DNA from: Mobula hypostoma
Taxonomy: Eukaryota
NCBI RefSeq assembly: GCF_963921235.1
Contig: NC_086097.1
Coordinates: forward strand, 166,038,001 to 166,102,000
Reading direction: 5' to 3'
Length of the DNA: 64,000 bases
Part shown: in pieces, positions 12,670-25,270 of the stretch
Numbering within the stretch: the first letter of the stretch is position 1
How the letters are laid out: every line of letters starts with the position of its first letter
The notes under the pieces: generated by a model
The model's input: the letters and a program-made list of their open reading frames with translations, nothing else
The model's database searches: none
What the model was told of the DNA's origin: nothing
Translations under genes and position numbers: made by a program

Positions 12670-13052
12670 CTCTCTCCTCTTGCTGTGAAATGGGGACATC
12701 TCTTTTTCCTTTATTAAGGGGAGAGAGAGAGAGAGAGCCTGTGGTATGTCAAGTTACCAGGTGAACGAGTACTTATTGGGGTATTGTAAGTCTGTGTCTT
12801 TATTGATCCTTTGCTGCACGCTTGAGTGCTCAGTGGAGGGCGCTGATGCTCTTTTGCTGGTGGGGATGGTGTGGGGGGGGGGGTGGTCATCGATTGCTGC
12901 TGGGAGAGAGGAGCTCTGGGGGGGCTTTGGGTTCTAACATTTAACTGTCATTCATTCTTTGGGGCACTTCTCTGTTTTCGTGGATAGTTGCAAAGAAAAA
13001 GAATATCAGGATGTATATTGCGTACATCTCTCTGACATTAAATGTACCTATT
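12670..13052 (+). repeat. Unclassified interspersed repeat (3' part of the element at 63028-63826)
   Basis: Shares gctgtgaaa..gagagagagag..tgtggtatgt ... gttctaacatttaactgt ... ctctctgacattaaat with 63440-63800. Confidence 0.75.
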
Positions 13053-14007
13053 GACCCTACTGGGCTATTGAGGACATCTATAAGAGGCAAGGTCTCAGAA
13101 AAGCAACAGCAGGGAGCCCCACCATCCAGGCTGTGCCCTCTTCTTGATACTGCCTTCAAGAAGAAGATACAGGACCCTGAAGACACACACCTCAATAACA
13201 ACCTCTTCCTCACAGTCTTGTTTCCTCAGAGTTTTTTTTCACTCTCAAATTTCACTAATGATGTTATTTTTATTTTGTCATGTAAGTTATGTATAATTTA
13301 TATTAATTTAAGTTTATGTAAGTTATGTTTGTCATATTTGTACTGTTAGGTACTGTGCTGCTGCTGCAAAATGCTAATTTTCATAACATTATACCTTGGG
13401 TAAGTATGACTGTGACAATAAAACTGAAGATAAACTTGAAAGGTGTCTAAGTTTCCTTGAATGAATGTTGTGCAACATATACACCTCTGACCAAACAGAA
13501 CCAGAAATGTCAAACCATGTTCAGCTTGGTGGTCACTTTCCATTCTTTATGGGCATGCCTCCTTCCGGAGGTGTGCATCTCAGACTTTAAGAATAACATC
13601 TGAGGCTTGCTTCTGCTGATCCCTTTTTTTCACTTCAACTCAGACCAATACAGGCTGCTTGAAAGATGGAATACCCCATCCCCCATATGGAGGAGTTGAG
13701 GTGGGGTTGACAATTGACTCCTGATGATACTTGCATCAGGTAGGGCACATTACTCCTTCCAATGCAGGGTGGAAAATCCTAAATCAAAATGGTTCTTCCC
13801 ACTTTCCAGAACTTGTTTGGATCAGTTAAGCCTGACCCATTCTAAAATCATTTGACATAATGGTTGTGTATCTGATTTCCTAATTAGTTAGGTGGGTACA
13901 ATGTTTGAAGTTCTTGATTCTTCATTGCTGGATCTTGGGTTAGAATGTAGTTGACTCCTTGGTGATAATTTAAATATATACATGACTACCTTGACGATCA
14001 CTGTTAT

Positions 14008-14131
14008 AGAAACATAGAAACATAGAAAATAGGTGCAGGAGTAGGCCATTCGGCCCTTCGAGACTGCACCGCCATTCAGTATGATCATGGCTGATCATCC
14101 AACTCAGAACCCTGCACCAGCCTTCCCTCCA
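14008..14131 (-). repeat. CR1-type 3' tail fragment
   Basis: (ATAGAAAC)n tail followed by aggtgcaggagtaggccattcggccc, matching the 3' UTR of the CR1 at 15560-15590 in reverse. Confidence 0.7.
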
Positions 14132-14583
14132 TACCCCCTGATCCCTTTAGCTACAAGAGCCATATCTAACTCAGTTATGAGACATTTGATTCCCCACATT
14201 GGTGCAGAGGTGAATTTCTGTTAGTTTCAGAATTAAGATCAGGTTTACTATCACTGGTATGCAGTTTGTTGTGAAAATTGTTTGCAGCAGCAGTACAATG
14301 CAGGACATAACAATTACTGAAAGTTACAGAAATAAATAGATAGTGCAAAAGAGGAATAGGGAGGTGGTGCTCATGGGTTTATGGATCACTCAGACATCTC
14401 ATGACAGACAGGAAGAAGCTGTACTTAAAATGCTGAGTGTGGGACTTCAGGCTCCTGTACCTCCTCCTCAATGGAGGTAATGAGAAAAGGTCATGTTCCA
14501 GGTGGTGATGGAATCTGCCGCCTTGAGCTTCTTGAAAATGTCCTTGATGGTGGGAATGGTCATGCCATTAAGAAGCTGACTAA

Positions 14584-15607
14584 GTGGTATTCCACAGGGG
14601 TCGGTGTTGGGGCCGCTTCTTTTTACGATGTATATTGATGACTTGGATTATGGATTACGTGGTTTTGTGGCTAAGTTTGCGGATGACACCAAGATAGGTG
14701 GAGGAGCAGGAAATGTTGAAGAAACGGAAAGGTTGCAGAGAGACTTAGTCAGTTTAGGAGAGTGGGCAAAGAAATGGAAGATGAGATACAACGTTGACAA
14801 ATGTACGGTTGTACATTTCGGAAGAAGAAATAATCGGGCAGATTATTATTTAGATGGGGAGAAAATTCAAAAATCGGAAGTGCAAAGGGCCTTGGGGGTC
14901 CTTATGCAGGATACCCTAAAGGTTAACCACCAAGTTGGATTGGCGGTAAGGAAAGCGAATGCTATGTTGGCATTCCTTTCAAGAGGAACAGTGTATAAGA
15001 GTAAGGAGGTGTTGATGAGGTTCTATGGGGCATTAGTGAGACCTCATTTGGAATACTGTGTGCAGTTTTGGGCCCCCTTTCTTAGAAAGGATGTACTCAT
15101 GTTGGAGAGAGTTCAGAGAAGATTTACGAGGATGCTTCCTGGAATGCAGGGGCTAACATATGAGGAGTGTCCGTCGGCTCTTGGATTGTATTCATTAGAG
15201 TATAGAAGAATGAGAGGGGATCTTATAGAAACATTTCGAATGTTGAAAGGGTTGGACAGAGTAGATGTGGAAAGATTGTTTCCCTTGGTGGGTGAGTCCA
15301 GGACAAGAGGCCATAGTCTTAGAATTAGAGGGTACCCAGTTAAAACAGAGATGAGGAGAAATTTTTTTAGCCAGAGGGTCGTGGATTTGTGGAATTCGTT
15401 GCCACATATGGCTGTGGAGGCCCGATCATTGAGGGTGTTTAAGGAGGAGATTGACAGGTATCTAATTAGTCAGGGTATCAAGGGATATGGGGAAAAAGCC
15501 AGAAATTGGATCTAGATGGGTGAATAGTTTAGCTCATGGGGGAGCTGTGGAGCAGACTCGATGGGCCGAATGGCCTACTTCTGCTCCTTTGTCTTGTGAT
15601 CTTGTGA
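14584..15607 (+). mobile_element. Young 5'-truncated CR1 LINE: RT C-terminal half and 3' UTR
   Basis: Open frame 14604-15515 with GIPQGSVLGPLLF, KFADDTK, RPHLEYCVQFWAP and RRNFFSQRVV. tcttgtga repeat tail. Sits inside a decayed Rex-type remnant. Confidence 0.92.
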
Positions 15608-16713
15608 AGTCTACAGGCACTTCTGATTCTATGCATTGGAGGCTCCATACAAGACAGAATGCACTCCATTGTACTTCTGTAGAAATTAGAAACAGTTTTT
15701 TGTGACATACCAAATCTCTTCAAACACCTAATAAAGTTGTTGGTATCACTTCCTCATGATTGCATTAAAATGTTGGACATGCGATGGATCCTCTGAAGTA
15801 TTGACACCCAGGAAGCTGAAATGGCTCTCCCTTTCCACCTCCGATCTGTCAATGAGCACTGATGTGTGTTCTCCCAACTTCTCCTATCTGATTGCTACTG
15901 GTCCAGTGGTGAGTTATTGCTTTAATACCATAGATCTGATGTGAATTTCTCTCTGTTACAGAGGTAACTTTTTGTGTGATTCTAGTTGTAGGTTTCTGAC
16001 TTTTTATCAGAATATAGAACATAGAATAGCACAGGAACACACCCTCTCTACCATACCGACGGCATCTATATCACAACCATGGATTCGGCAGTGCAGTAGA
16101 TATGGCAACTGCGCTTGTGAATTTGCACATGTCAACTAATTAATATTTAATTATGGTAGTATTTAACTCCATACTTGTCATTGTAGTGCTTGTCGAGATC
16201 TGGACAGAGCACAGCAATGCTTCGCTTCTGTTTTGCATTTGGCCTTCCCTGAGATGTTGGACTTTCAAGTCAACTGACTCTGAAGACTAGCAGTATTCGT
16301 TTAATGTTTAGATGTTCTTTTCAGCCATAGTTTAGGCTTCGTTTTCCTTTTGAGAGGTTTAGCTAACAGCCCTGTTTGGCGTAGTGTTTATTGTTTTATT
16401 TTCCCTTTAACACCATTCGTATTAAAGTCTGCGAACTATCGACCTGCTTCAGTGTGTCTCACTCTGCACTTGGGCCATATTTGAACCTGATAACTATCTG
16501 ATTGTGTGGCGTATACAATCATGGTAAACATAATTTTATGTTCTTCCACATGGTCTTCCTCAGCCTCTGATGTTCCAGAGAAAGTTGATCCTCATCAGTC
16601 ATCTTCATTACCTCCTCAAAAATCACATTCCAATTTGTGATACAGGATGTCCCACACACAAAGCCATATTGATTATCCCTAACGTCCATGCTTTGCTTCT
16701 CCAAATATAAGGT

Positions 16714-17000
16714 TGTAGCGATGTGCTACACACAGCGTTAGAATAACCACACGGAGTCGGTGAGTTAGAGTTGCGATGAAAGATATTTATTTAAACTTCG
16801 CGGCCCGCTTTAAAGCCTTCCCGTTCCCGCCCTCCCTGGGCGGGACTACTGTGGGGAATGCATATTCCCAGACCCTTTCTGCGCGCGGGATTTTCCCCCT
16901 GCTGGTGAAGATGGCCTGGCGCCCTTTTTGCTGCCGGCCCTCTGCCTGCGCGCGCTGTTTCGTGAGCTGGTTCGTGGGTGCCAGAAAGTGGGTCGCCACA
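16714..17000 (-). repeat. 3' LTR of Gypsy element
   Basis: tgtagcg...gccaca. Six substitutions versus the 5' LTR by my manual comparison. Preceded on the minus strand by a poly-G PPT (17004-17016). Confidence 0.97.
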
Positions 17001-18258
17001 TAACCCCCCCCCCCCCGGAACCGGCAATACCTCCCCCAATGTCCACAGTCTGGATCGGCCTCTGTTTGGGAGGTCTGCCCCTGTGCCGCGGTGCCTGAGC
17101 CTGGACCGGTTGCGCCAAGTCCACATGGGCCGGTTTGAGTCGGTCCACCGTGAAAATCTCCTCTCTCCCCCCAATGTCCAGCACGAACGTGGACCCGTTG
17201 TTCCTGATCACCTTAAACGGCCCCTCGTAGGGCCGCTGTAGTGGTGCCCGGTGTCCGCCCCGTCGTACAAAAAGAAACTTACAGTTCTGCAGGTCTTTGG
17301 GTACGCAGGTTGGGCTCTGTCCGTGCTGTGAAGTGGGTATGGGGGCCAGGTTACCGAGCCTCTCCCGTAGTCTGTCCAGGACTGCTGTGGGTTCTTCCTC
17401 TTGCCCCCTTGGGGCTGGTGTGAACTCTCCTGGGACGACCAGGGGCGCGCCGTACACCAACTCGGCCGACGAAGTGTGTAGATCCTCTTTGGGCGCCGTG
17501 CGGATTCCGAGCAGGACCCAGGGAAGTTCGTCCACCCAGTTAGGCCCCTCCAGGCGGGCCATGAGAGCCGCTTTCAGGTGATGGTGGAAGCGCTCCACTA
17601 GTCCGTTCGACTGTGGGTGGTAGGCAGTTGTGTGGTGTAGCTGTGATCCTAAAAGGCTGGCCATAGCTGACCACAGGCTGGAGGTGAACTGGGCGCCCCT
17701 GTCGGAGGTAATGTGGGCCGGTACCCCAAAGCGTGCTACCCAGGTTGCGATCAGTGCTCGGGCGCAGGATTCGGAGGTGGTGTCGCTGAGCGGGACTGCC
17801 TCTGGCCATCTGGTGAACCGGTCTATCATAGTTAGGAGGTACCGCGCTCCTCGTGACACTGGCAGGGGCCCCACGATACCCACATGGATGTGGTCGAACC
17901 TCCGGTGGGTGGGTTCGAACCGCTGCGGTGGAGCCTTGGTGTGCCGCTGCACCTTGGCCGTTTGGCATTGTATACACGTTTTGGCCCATTCACTGACCTG
18001 TTTACGCAGTCCATGCCACACGAACCTGTTGGAGACCAGCCGGACAGTTGTCCTGATGGAGGGGTGCGCTAAGTTGTGAATGGATTCGAACACCCGCCGG
18101 CGCCAGGCTGCTGGGACGACGGGGCGGGGTTGGCCAGTAGCTACGTCACATAGTAAGGTCCTCTCACCTGGGCCTACGGGGAGGTCTTGGAGCTGCAAAC
18201 CGGAGACAGCAGTCCTGTAACTGGGGATCTCAGTGTCTGCCTGCTGTGCCTCTGCCAC
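16846..18258 (-). pseudogene. Gypsy integrase (out of frame with upstream pol; frame runs into the LTR)
   Basis: HHCC (IHNLAHP..CIQC), core HIHVGIVGP / ITSDRG / GLVERF, and GPY/F motif PYEGPF. The first catalytic Asp is replaced by Gly. Confidence 0.92.
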
Positions 18259-18259
18259 G

Positions 18260-20051
18260 GTCTGGAAAGTGCGTCTGCCACGACATTGTTCTTTCCAGAG
18301 ACATGCCGGATGTCCGTCGTGTACTCGGAGATGTAGGACAGATGCCGCTGCTGGCGGGACGACCAGGGGTCGGACACCTTAGTGAACGCAAAGGTAAGCG
18401 GTTTGTGGTCTGTGAACGCGGTGAAGGGCCTACCTTCTAAGAAGTACCTGAAATGTCGGATTGCGAAGTATAGTGCCAATAGCTCCCAGTCGAAAGCACT
18501 GTATTTGAGTTCAGGTGGTCGTAGGTGTTTGCTGAAGAACGCCAGGGGTTGCCAGCGGCCCTCGATGAGTTGTTCCAGCACTCCACCGACTGCTGTGTTG
18601 GATGCGTCCACCGTGAGGGCAGTAGAAACGTCCGTTCTGGGATGCACTAGCATCGCGGCGTTTGCCAAGGCTTCTTTGGTTTTAACGAAAGCGGTTGCGG
18701 CCTCTTCGTTCCAGGTAATGTCCTTGCCCTTACCCGACATTAGAGTGAACAAGGGGCGCATGGTTCGGGCTGCTGAGGGGAGGAAACGGTGGTAGAAATT
18801 CACCATACCCACGAATTCCTGCAAGCCTTTGATTGTGTTGGGTCGGGGGAAGTGGCGGACCGCGTCTACCTTGGCGGGCAGCGGGGTTGCCCCATCTTTA
18901 GTAATCCTGTGGCCCAGGAAGTCGATGGTGTCGAGTCCGAACTGGCATTTGGCTGGATTGATTGTAAGGCCGAGTTCACTCAGGCGGGAGTAGAGCTGGC
19001 GGAGGTGGGACAGATGCTCCTGCCGACTACTGCTGGCTATGAGGATGTCGTCCAAATAGATGAATGCAAAGTCCAGGTCACGTCCCACCTCATCCATTAG
19101 CCGCTGGAAAGTCTGTGCGGCATTCTTTAGACCAAACGGCATTCGGAGGAATTCGAAAAGTCCGAACGGGGTGATAAGTGCTGATTTGGGGATGTCGTCC
19201 GGATGTACAGGGATTTGATGGTATCCCCGGACGAGGTCTACCTTGGAAAAGATCCTTGCGCCGTGTAGGTTTGCTGCGAAGTCTTGAATGTGCGGCACAG
19301 GGTAGCGGTCTGACGTTGTAGCCTCGTTCAGTCTGTGGTAGTCACCGCATGGTCTCCAGCCCCCCGTTGCCTTGGGCACCATGTGAAGGGGGGAGGCCCA
19401 TGGGCTGTCGGACCGTCGTATGATCCCTAATTCCTCCATCTTCTTGAACTCCTCCTTCGCCAGTCGGAGCTTGTCTGGGGGAAGCCTTCGAGCACGGGCG
19501 TGGAGGGGTGGTCCCTGGGTCGGGATGTGGTGCTGTACTCCGTGTCTGGGCATGGCTGCCGTGAACTGCGGTGTCAGTACTGATGGGAAATCCGCCAGGA
19601 CCCTGGTGAATTCATCGTTGGACAGCGTGATGGAGTCCAGGTGTGGGGCTGGCAACCGTGCTTCACCCAGGGAGAACGTTTGAAAAGTCTTGGCGTGGAC
19701 TAATCGCCTCCCTTGCAAGTCGACTAGCAGGCTGTGGGCTCGTAGAAAATCTGCCCCCAGCAGTGGTTGGGCCACGGCGGCCAGTGTGAAGTCCCACGTG
19801 AACCGGCTGGAGCTGAACTGTAGCCGCACCGTGCGGGTGCCGTAGGTTCGTATTGTGCTGCCATTAGCGGCCCTCAGGGTGGGTCCCGGTTCTCTGTTGC
19901 GGGTGTCGTAACTCGTTGGAGGTAAGACGCTGATCTCCGCTCTGGTGTCGACCAAAAAGCGGCGTCCCGACTGCTTGTCCCAGACATACAGGAGGCTGTC
20001 CTGATGGCCAGCCGCCGTAGCCATCAGCGGCGGCTGGCCCTGGCGTTTCCC
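18260..20051 (-). pseudogene. Gypsy pol: protease, reverse transcriptase, RNase H
   Basis: FLVDTRAE (protease; DTGA altered), MPFGLKNA, YLDD, TVDAS, FTDHKPL, VADALSR. Within ORF 18174-20117. Confidence 0.95.
20006..20051 (-). promoter_or_regulatory. -1 ribosomal frameshift signal (G GGA AAC plus 12-bp GC hairpin)
   Basis: Slippery heptamer at 20045-20051 is in the gag frame (CCG GGA AAC). 5-nt spacer, then stem ggccagccgccg/cggcggctggcc (20006-17, 20028-39). pol lies in the -1 frame. Confidence 0.85.
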
Positions 20052-20728
20052 GGGAATTTGCAGGGCGGTCTGCAGCGGTGGGCCTCCGTGCCCCACCGCT
20101 GGTGGTAGAAACACCATTGTTCGTTGGGCTCCTCACTCCCGTCGCCGGGTTTTGTAGGCTCTGCTGCCGGGCCTGGTCTGGTCTGTCGTTGGGCACGCGG
20201 CTTGGTGATCTGTGCGACGGATGCCCCTCTTTCTTTCCTGGCATTCCACAGCACATCTGCTCGGGCTGCCACCTCCCGGGGGTTGCTGAACTCTGCGTCG
20301 GACAGCAGCAGGCATATGTCCTCGGGCAGTTGCTCTAGGAACGCCTGCTCAAACATGAGGCAGGGTTTGTGTCCTTCAGCCAGGGCCAGCATCTCGTTCA
20401 TTAATGCTGACGACAGCCTGTCTCCCAAACCATCCAGGTGCATTAAGCGGCGTGCTCGTTCACGCCGTGAGAGTCCGAAAGTCCTTATGAGCAGGGCTTT
20501 GAATGCTGTGTATTTGCCGTCCTCCGGGGGCGACTGTATAAACTCCTCAACTTGTGCAGCAGTCTCCTGGTCGAGTGAGCTCAGCACGTAGTAGTAGCGA
20601 GTGGACTCCGAGGTTATCTGCCAAATGTGGAATTGTGCTTCTGCTTGTTCGAACCATAAATGGGGTCGCAGCGTCCAGAAGCGTGGCAGTTTTAACGAAA
20701 CTGCGTGAACAGATGCAGCGTCGGTCAT
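20024..20728 (-). CDS. Gypsy Gag (234 aa) with C-terminal CHCC motif
   Basis: MTDAASVHAVSLKLPRFW..WFEQAEAQF. C-x2-H-x9-C-x3-C (CFYHQRWGTEAHRCRPPC). ATG lies just downstream of the PBS. Confidence 0.9.
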   Translation of the reverse strand: MTDAASVHAVSLKLPRFWTLRPHLWFEQAEAQFHIWQITSESTRYYYVLSSLDQETAAQVEEFIQSPPEDGKYTAFKALLIRTFGLSRRERARRLMHLDGLGDRLSSALMNEMLALAEGHKPCLMFEQAFLEQLPEDICLLLSDAEFSNPREVAARADVLWNARKERGASVAQITKPRAQRQTRPGPAAEPTKPGDGSEEPNEQWCFYHQRWGTEAHRCRPPCKFPGNARASRR

Positions 20729-20752
20729 CTCTGGTCCAAATATCGTTTGGGC

Positions 20753-20766
20753 CGTCGGGGTCACCA
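20753..20766 (-). promoter_or_regulatory. Primer binding site, tRNA-Trp
   Basis: TGGTGACCCCGACG, 2 nt after the 5' LTR, is complementary to the 3' end of vertebrate tRNA-Trp. Confidence 0.9.
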
Positions 20767-20768
20767 AT

Positions 20769-21055
20769 TGTAGCGGTGTGCTACACACAGCGCTAGAATA
20801 ACCACACGGAGTCGGTGAGTTAGAGTTGCGATGAAAGACATTTATTCAAACTTCGCGGCCCGCTTTAAAGCCTTCCTGTTCCCGCCCTCCCTGGGCGGGA
20901 CTACTGTGGGGAATGCATATTCCCAGACCCTTTCTGCGCGCGGGATTTTCCCCCTGCTGGTGAAGATGGCCTGGCGCCCTTTTTGCTGCCGGCCCTCTGC
21001 CTGCGCGCGCTGTTTCGTGAGCCGGTTCGTGGGTGCCAGAAAGTGGGTCGCCACA
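20769..21055 (-). repeat. 5' LTR of Gypsy element
   Basis: 287-bp direct repeat of 16714-17000. Confidence 0.97.
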
Positions 21056-22292
21056 AGGTAAATATTATCACTAAGAATCTTGTCCAATAATTTCCCAATG
21101 ACTGATGTAGAGATCACCAGCCTATAATTTCCTGGATTATCTCTGTTGCCCTTCTTAAACAAGTGAACAACACTGGCTATTCTCCAGTCTTTTATGACCT
21201 TACCCTTGGAAATAGAAGGTAAAAGATCTCTGTGAAAGCACTAGAGATTGTCTCAATTTGCCCCCCCCCACCCAGTATTTCTCATCAGGTCCTGGGGACC
21301 GATCCTCCCTAATGTTTTTCAAATTACCCCACAACTCCTCCTTTTTAATGTGGACATGCTCTAATATCAACATATTGATCTTGCCTTCTTCTTGGTGAAT
21401 ACCCAATTATGCCAATGTTAAGTAATGAAGGCATTTTGTTCAGTTAGACTTATGTTCTCTTGAGAACAGAAAAATAAAGAGTGGTTCAATTTAGCAACTG
21501 AAGTTTAAACAGAGAGAAACTATTGTGTGTTAATGTTGTGGAATCTAGAATCAGCCCTAAAGCCAAAGCTGATCATTCAATTGTGATATTAGGTGGCACT
21601 TTTTAAGATGATGGGTAGAGGAAGCAACTGAAAGTATTGAACCAATTGAAAACTGTGACCAAGAGGTTTTTGTTGGGGAAGGATACTAAGAATTATAGGA
21701 TAAACCGTATGTCACCACTATTCTTGTCCAGGTGGACCAAGAAAGAGTATCTCAGTTCTTGGGTCCTCTATCGGATGACCAACTTTGCATTCAAATTCTT
21801 TTGTGTGGCATATATAAATATGGAAAACATGGTACTACTTAATAGAAGTTCTTGGCTTGAATGTTCCTGCTAAAATATAAGTGGGTCATGAAGATATGTA
21901 TAAGAACAGAAGAAGTCTGCGCTACCCAATTGAAGTTCACCACAGATTCTTATGGCTTAAATAAATGACATACGATCACTCTGCATGGATTAATTGTTAG
22001 GGTGGGCAGTCAAAGTAAGTACCTTGTGTGCTGTAGTTTCCAAAAGGAAGCATATGTCATGATTGAATGCAAAATATTCTCACATGTATATTCTCCACAT
22101 TAAACATACACATGCTCAGTGACATGGATAAATACATCAAACTGACTGAGAAAGAGTCAGCTATTCCAGCCAACTTAGATTTGTAAAGGGTAGCTCATGA
22201 TGTAAAAGAATATACTTGAGGCTATCAAGTACAGATAAAGTGTTACTAGATGGCACTTGGACTTTCTGAAAACAAAAACAAAATTAACTGAT

Positions 22293-22386
22293 AAGAGAAG
22301 AGGAAATCTGCAGATGCTGGAAATCTAGGCAACACACACAGAATGCTGGAGGAACTCAGCGGGCCAGGCAGCAGTAAACAGTTGAT
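22293..22386 (-). repeat. Penelope pLTR 3' fragment
   Basis: aaatctgcagatgctggaaatctaggcaacacacacagaatgctggaggaactcagc. Confidence 0.75.
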
Positions 22387-24149
22387 GACAGCAGTCAAGA
22401 AGGTCACCATTAAGTAGAATAGGGCAGCCTGATTGATTGGTATCCCCATCTACCTAACACTACAACTCACCAGCCTCTCCCAAACCCATGACTGCATCTA
22501 GGTTTGAGGAAGCACCAACACCTCCAAGTCACAGGCTGATGTGATTATTTATCCTATCACCACTGGGTTTAAGTTTGGCAGCTTCTTACCATTGCAAGAT
22601 CTTTAGCACACGAATTTCTGTGGTTCAGAAAAGTGGTGCTAGTACCTAAAGTCAGGGTCAGTATAGGGAGAGCTTTACTCCAAATTGAGCTAGTAGATTA
22701 CTTCACTTGGAAATGATTAATGGGGCTTTGGACTAAGTATTCCATAGCAAATCTTTGTTTGACAAACATAAAATTCAAAAACAAAATTTCCAGTGCAAAA
22801 TGTACTATCCTCGTTATAGCCTGGTGTACAGTACATTAACAAAGTTAAACAAAAAAGTTGCTTAAGATAAACTTCAGAGTACTTTATTAAATAGTAAACA
22901 CAATAATGTTGTGGGTAGTGTCATAAACTGAATGACAACTGTGTGTCATTTCCAACATTTGATTCCCTGAGCAAAACTGTTTTTTAATTTAATGAATTTT
23001 AATTTAATTAGTGATATAATTGTGTTAAAAATGATGTGTATACCTTATTTTATGTTAGCTAGACTGAGGCTTTGAACACTCTGAGAATTTTACAGGTAAG
23101 TAGAATGTGAAGCTTCACGGAAATTGACTGAACATTTCCAAGATCCACAGAATCTGGAATAAGCCCAGAGTTCCGTGAAAACCAATCCAGAAACACATGC
23201 AGTTACTTACTGCTGTTGTAGTTGTGATAGACCAACATCCTGTAATAATTCATATTATTTATTGTGAAGACATATAACCAGCCTGTTCTGCTGTTATACC
23301 AGGACCAAAGGGAACAGTTTAATAGTTAGCAGGGGTTCATGGAGGAAGTATTGGTTGGAACACTGAATTTTAATCTGATGAAATACTTTCACTCTGGAGA
23401 ATGATTTCACTTTGATCCCATTGATCCAAAATGAGGTCAATCTGCCTACTGTTCACACTTAACTTTGCCTGAAACCGGATGAATGGTGAAACAAGCTGAG
23501 TGTCAAAACTGTCATGTGTACTGAGTTACAAATGTAGCAAGTTTTAAACTGCTCCATTCTCTCCAAATCACCTTTAATTTGCATTTGTTTTAATCTAACA
23601 ATAAGAGATTGTGTTGTAATCACAACTAGCAAGCAGATTCAACAAATGTTATTTGCAAGTGTTCATGACATTGTAACAGCTCAGTTCTGACAATTAGTGT
23701 ACCCTAGTATTAACTCCTGCATGGTTATTTTTCATTGCGCGAGATTGCTTGATATAGATGTTAAAAGTTCTAAATAGTATTCAATTCTTTAAAATTATTA
23801 ACAGAGTACTTGTTGCCAGCTGTAGGTAGCTGTCTTGCTTTAGAATCAGAAGCTTGTAGGTTCAAATCCTACCCCAGAAATGAGGCTCTCACACTAGTCC
23901 AATGCGGAGTGAGTAAGCAAGTTGGAGATCCTGTGTTATGACTGAAATGTTAAACTGAGGTGCTGAACCATAATGCCTCACCTTGACTTGGACAAGATTC
24001 CTGCTAGTTTCGAGGTTATCTACAAGGCAAATAAGAAAATGTTCAAATAATGTTGCCTGCACTCTAGACCAGGTTCATCCCCAAGATCCATTGTTGAGCT
24101 GCAGTGTGGTGGCAATGCTTGAAGATGCCTCCAAGTCATATTCCAACTC

Positions 24150-25270
24150 TTATGTCAGAATGCTGTTCATTGATTTTAGTTCGGCACTCAATACTGTGAT
24201 TCCCTCCAAGCTGATCGCCAAACTTTGCCAGCTTGGTGTCAGCTCATCCCTCTGCAATTGGACCTTGGACTTTCTGACGAACAGACCCCAATCAGTTAAA
24301 TTAGACAACCTCTCCTCCTCCACTCTCACCCTGAACACCGGCGTGCCTCAAGGCTGTGTGCTGAACCCCCTTCTGTACTCCCTTTTCACCTATGACTGTG
24401 TTCCTGTACACGGTTCTAACTCCATAATCAAGTTTGCAGACGACACCACAGTGGTTGGCCTGATCAAAGGGGATTGTCCAGCAACAACCAACAACAACCT
24501 GGCCCTTAACACCCAGAAGACCAAGGAGATCATTGTAGACTTCAGGCAGGCCAGGAGCTACACTCATGTCCCCATCTACATCAACAGAGCTGTAGTGGAG
24601 TGTGTATCAAGCTTCAAATTCCTTGGTGTCCACATTTCTGATGATCTTATCTGGTCCCTGAACTCCTCCATCCTGATCAAAAAGGTGCAACCGTGCCTTT
24701 ATTTCCTGTGGAGCATCAAGAAAGCTCACCTCTGTCCCAGGATACTGACAGACTTTTGCCGCTGTACCATTGAGAGCATACTCACCAACTGCATCTCAGT
24801 GTGGGATGGCAATTGTCCTGTATTGGATCACAAAGCCCTCCAGCGTGTGGTGAAAACTGCCCAGTGGATTATCGGCACCCAATTGCCCACCATTGAGAAC
24901 ATATACCATAAATGCTGCCTGGGCAGGGTGAAAAACATTATCAAGGATGCATCTCACCCTAACCATGGACTTTTCTCCCATCCGGTAGGTGCTACAGGAG
25001 CCTCCGCTCCCGCACCTGCAGGCACAGGAAGAGTTTCTTCCCTGAGGCTGTGACCCTGCTGAACCCCTCATCACAGTGCTAAGCAGTATTGCATCCATAT
25101 TGTACTGTCTCAGTACTTTTATATTTGCATGCTGTAGCACTTACTTTTTATTCAGTTATTTTGTAAATAATACTATTCTTTTGCACTTCTGGTCAGATGC
25201 TAATTGCATTTCATTGGCTTTGTATCTGTATTCGGCACAATGACAAGAAAGTTGAATCTAATCTAATCTA
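24150..25270 (+). mobile_element. Rex1/Babar LINE, 5'-truncated RT and 3' UTR
   Basis: [50 protein letters not shown]. (AATCT)n tail. Confidence 0.9.

Larger units (their letters stand above)
16714..21055 (-). mobile_element. Full-length Ty3/Gypsy LTR retrotransposon, CsRn1-like
   Basis: Two 287-bp TG..CA LTRs, 4-bp TSD AGGT (16710-13, 21056-59), tRNA-Trp PBS, PPT, and gag + PR-RT-RH-IN order. Confidence 0.97.
16520..21400 (-). mobile_element. CR1 ORF2 remnant that hosts the Gypsy insertion
   Basis: KKGNRDNPGNYR..GKLLDKILSDNIYL (right flank) continues as EKQS..RDNQYGFVCGTSCITN (left flank) across the AGGT TSD. Confidence 0.8.

Noticed and set aside
15953..16491. Possible solo LTR (tgttacag...ctgataac)
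   Set aside because: LTR-like composition, but the 3' terminus is imperfect, I found no TSD and there is no second copy in the window.
16776..20796. Many overlapping alternative-frame ORFs in the Gypsy element as extra genes
   Set aside because: Expected from high GC content and few stops; no recognisable motifs. No env-like ORF seen.
23983..24149. N-terminal extension of the Rex1 RT ORF as a host-TE fusion
   Set aside because: It is just open flanking sequence upstream of a 5'-truncated insertion, with a non-ATG start.
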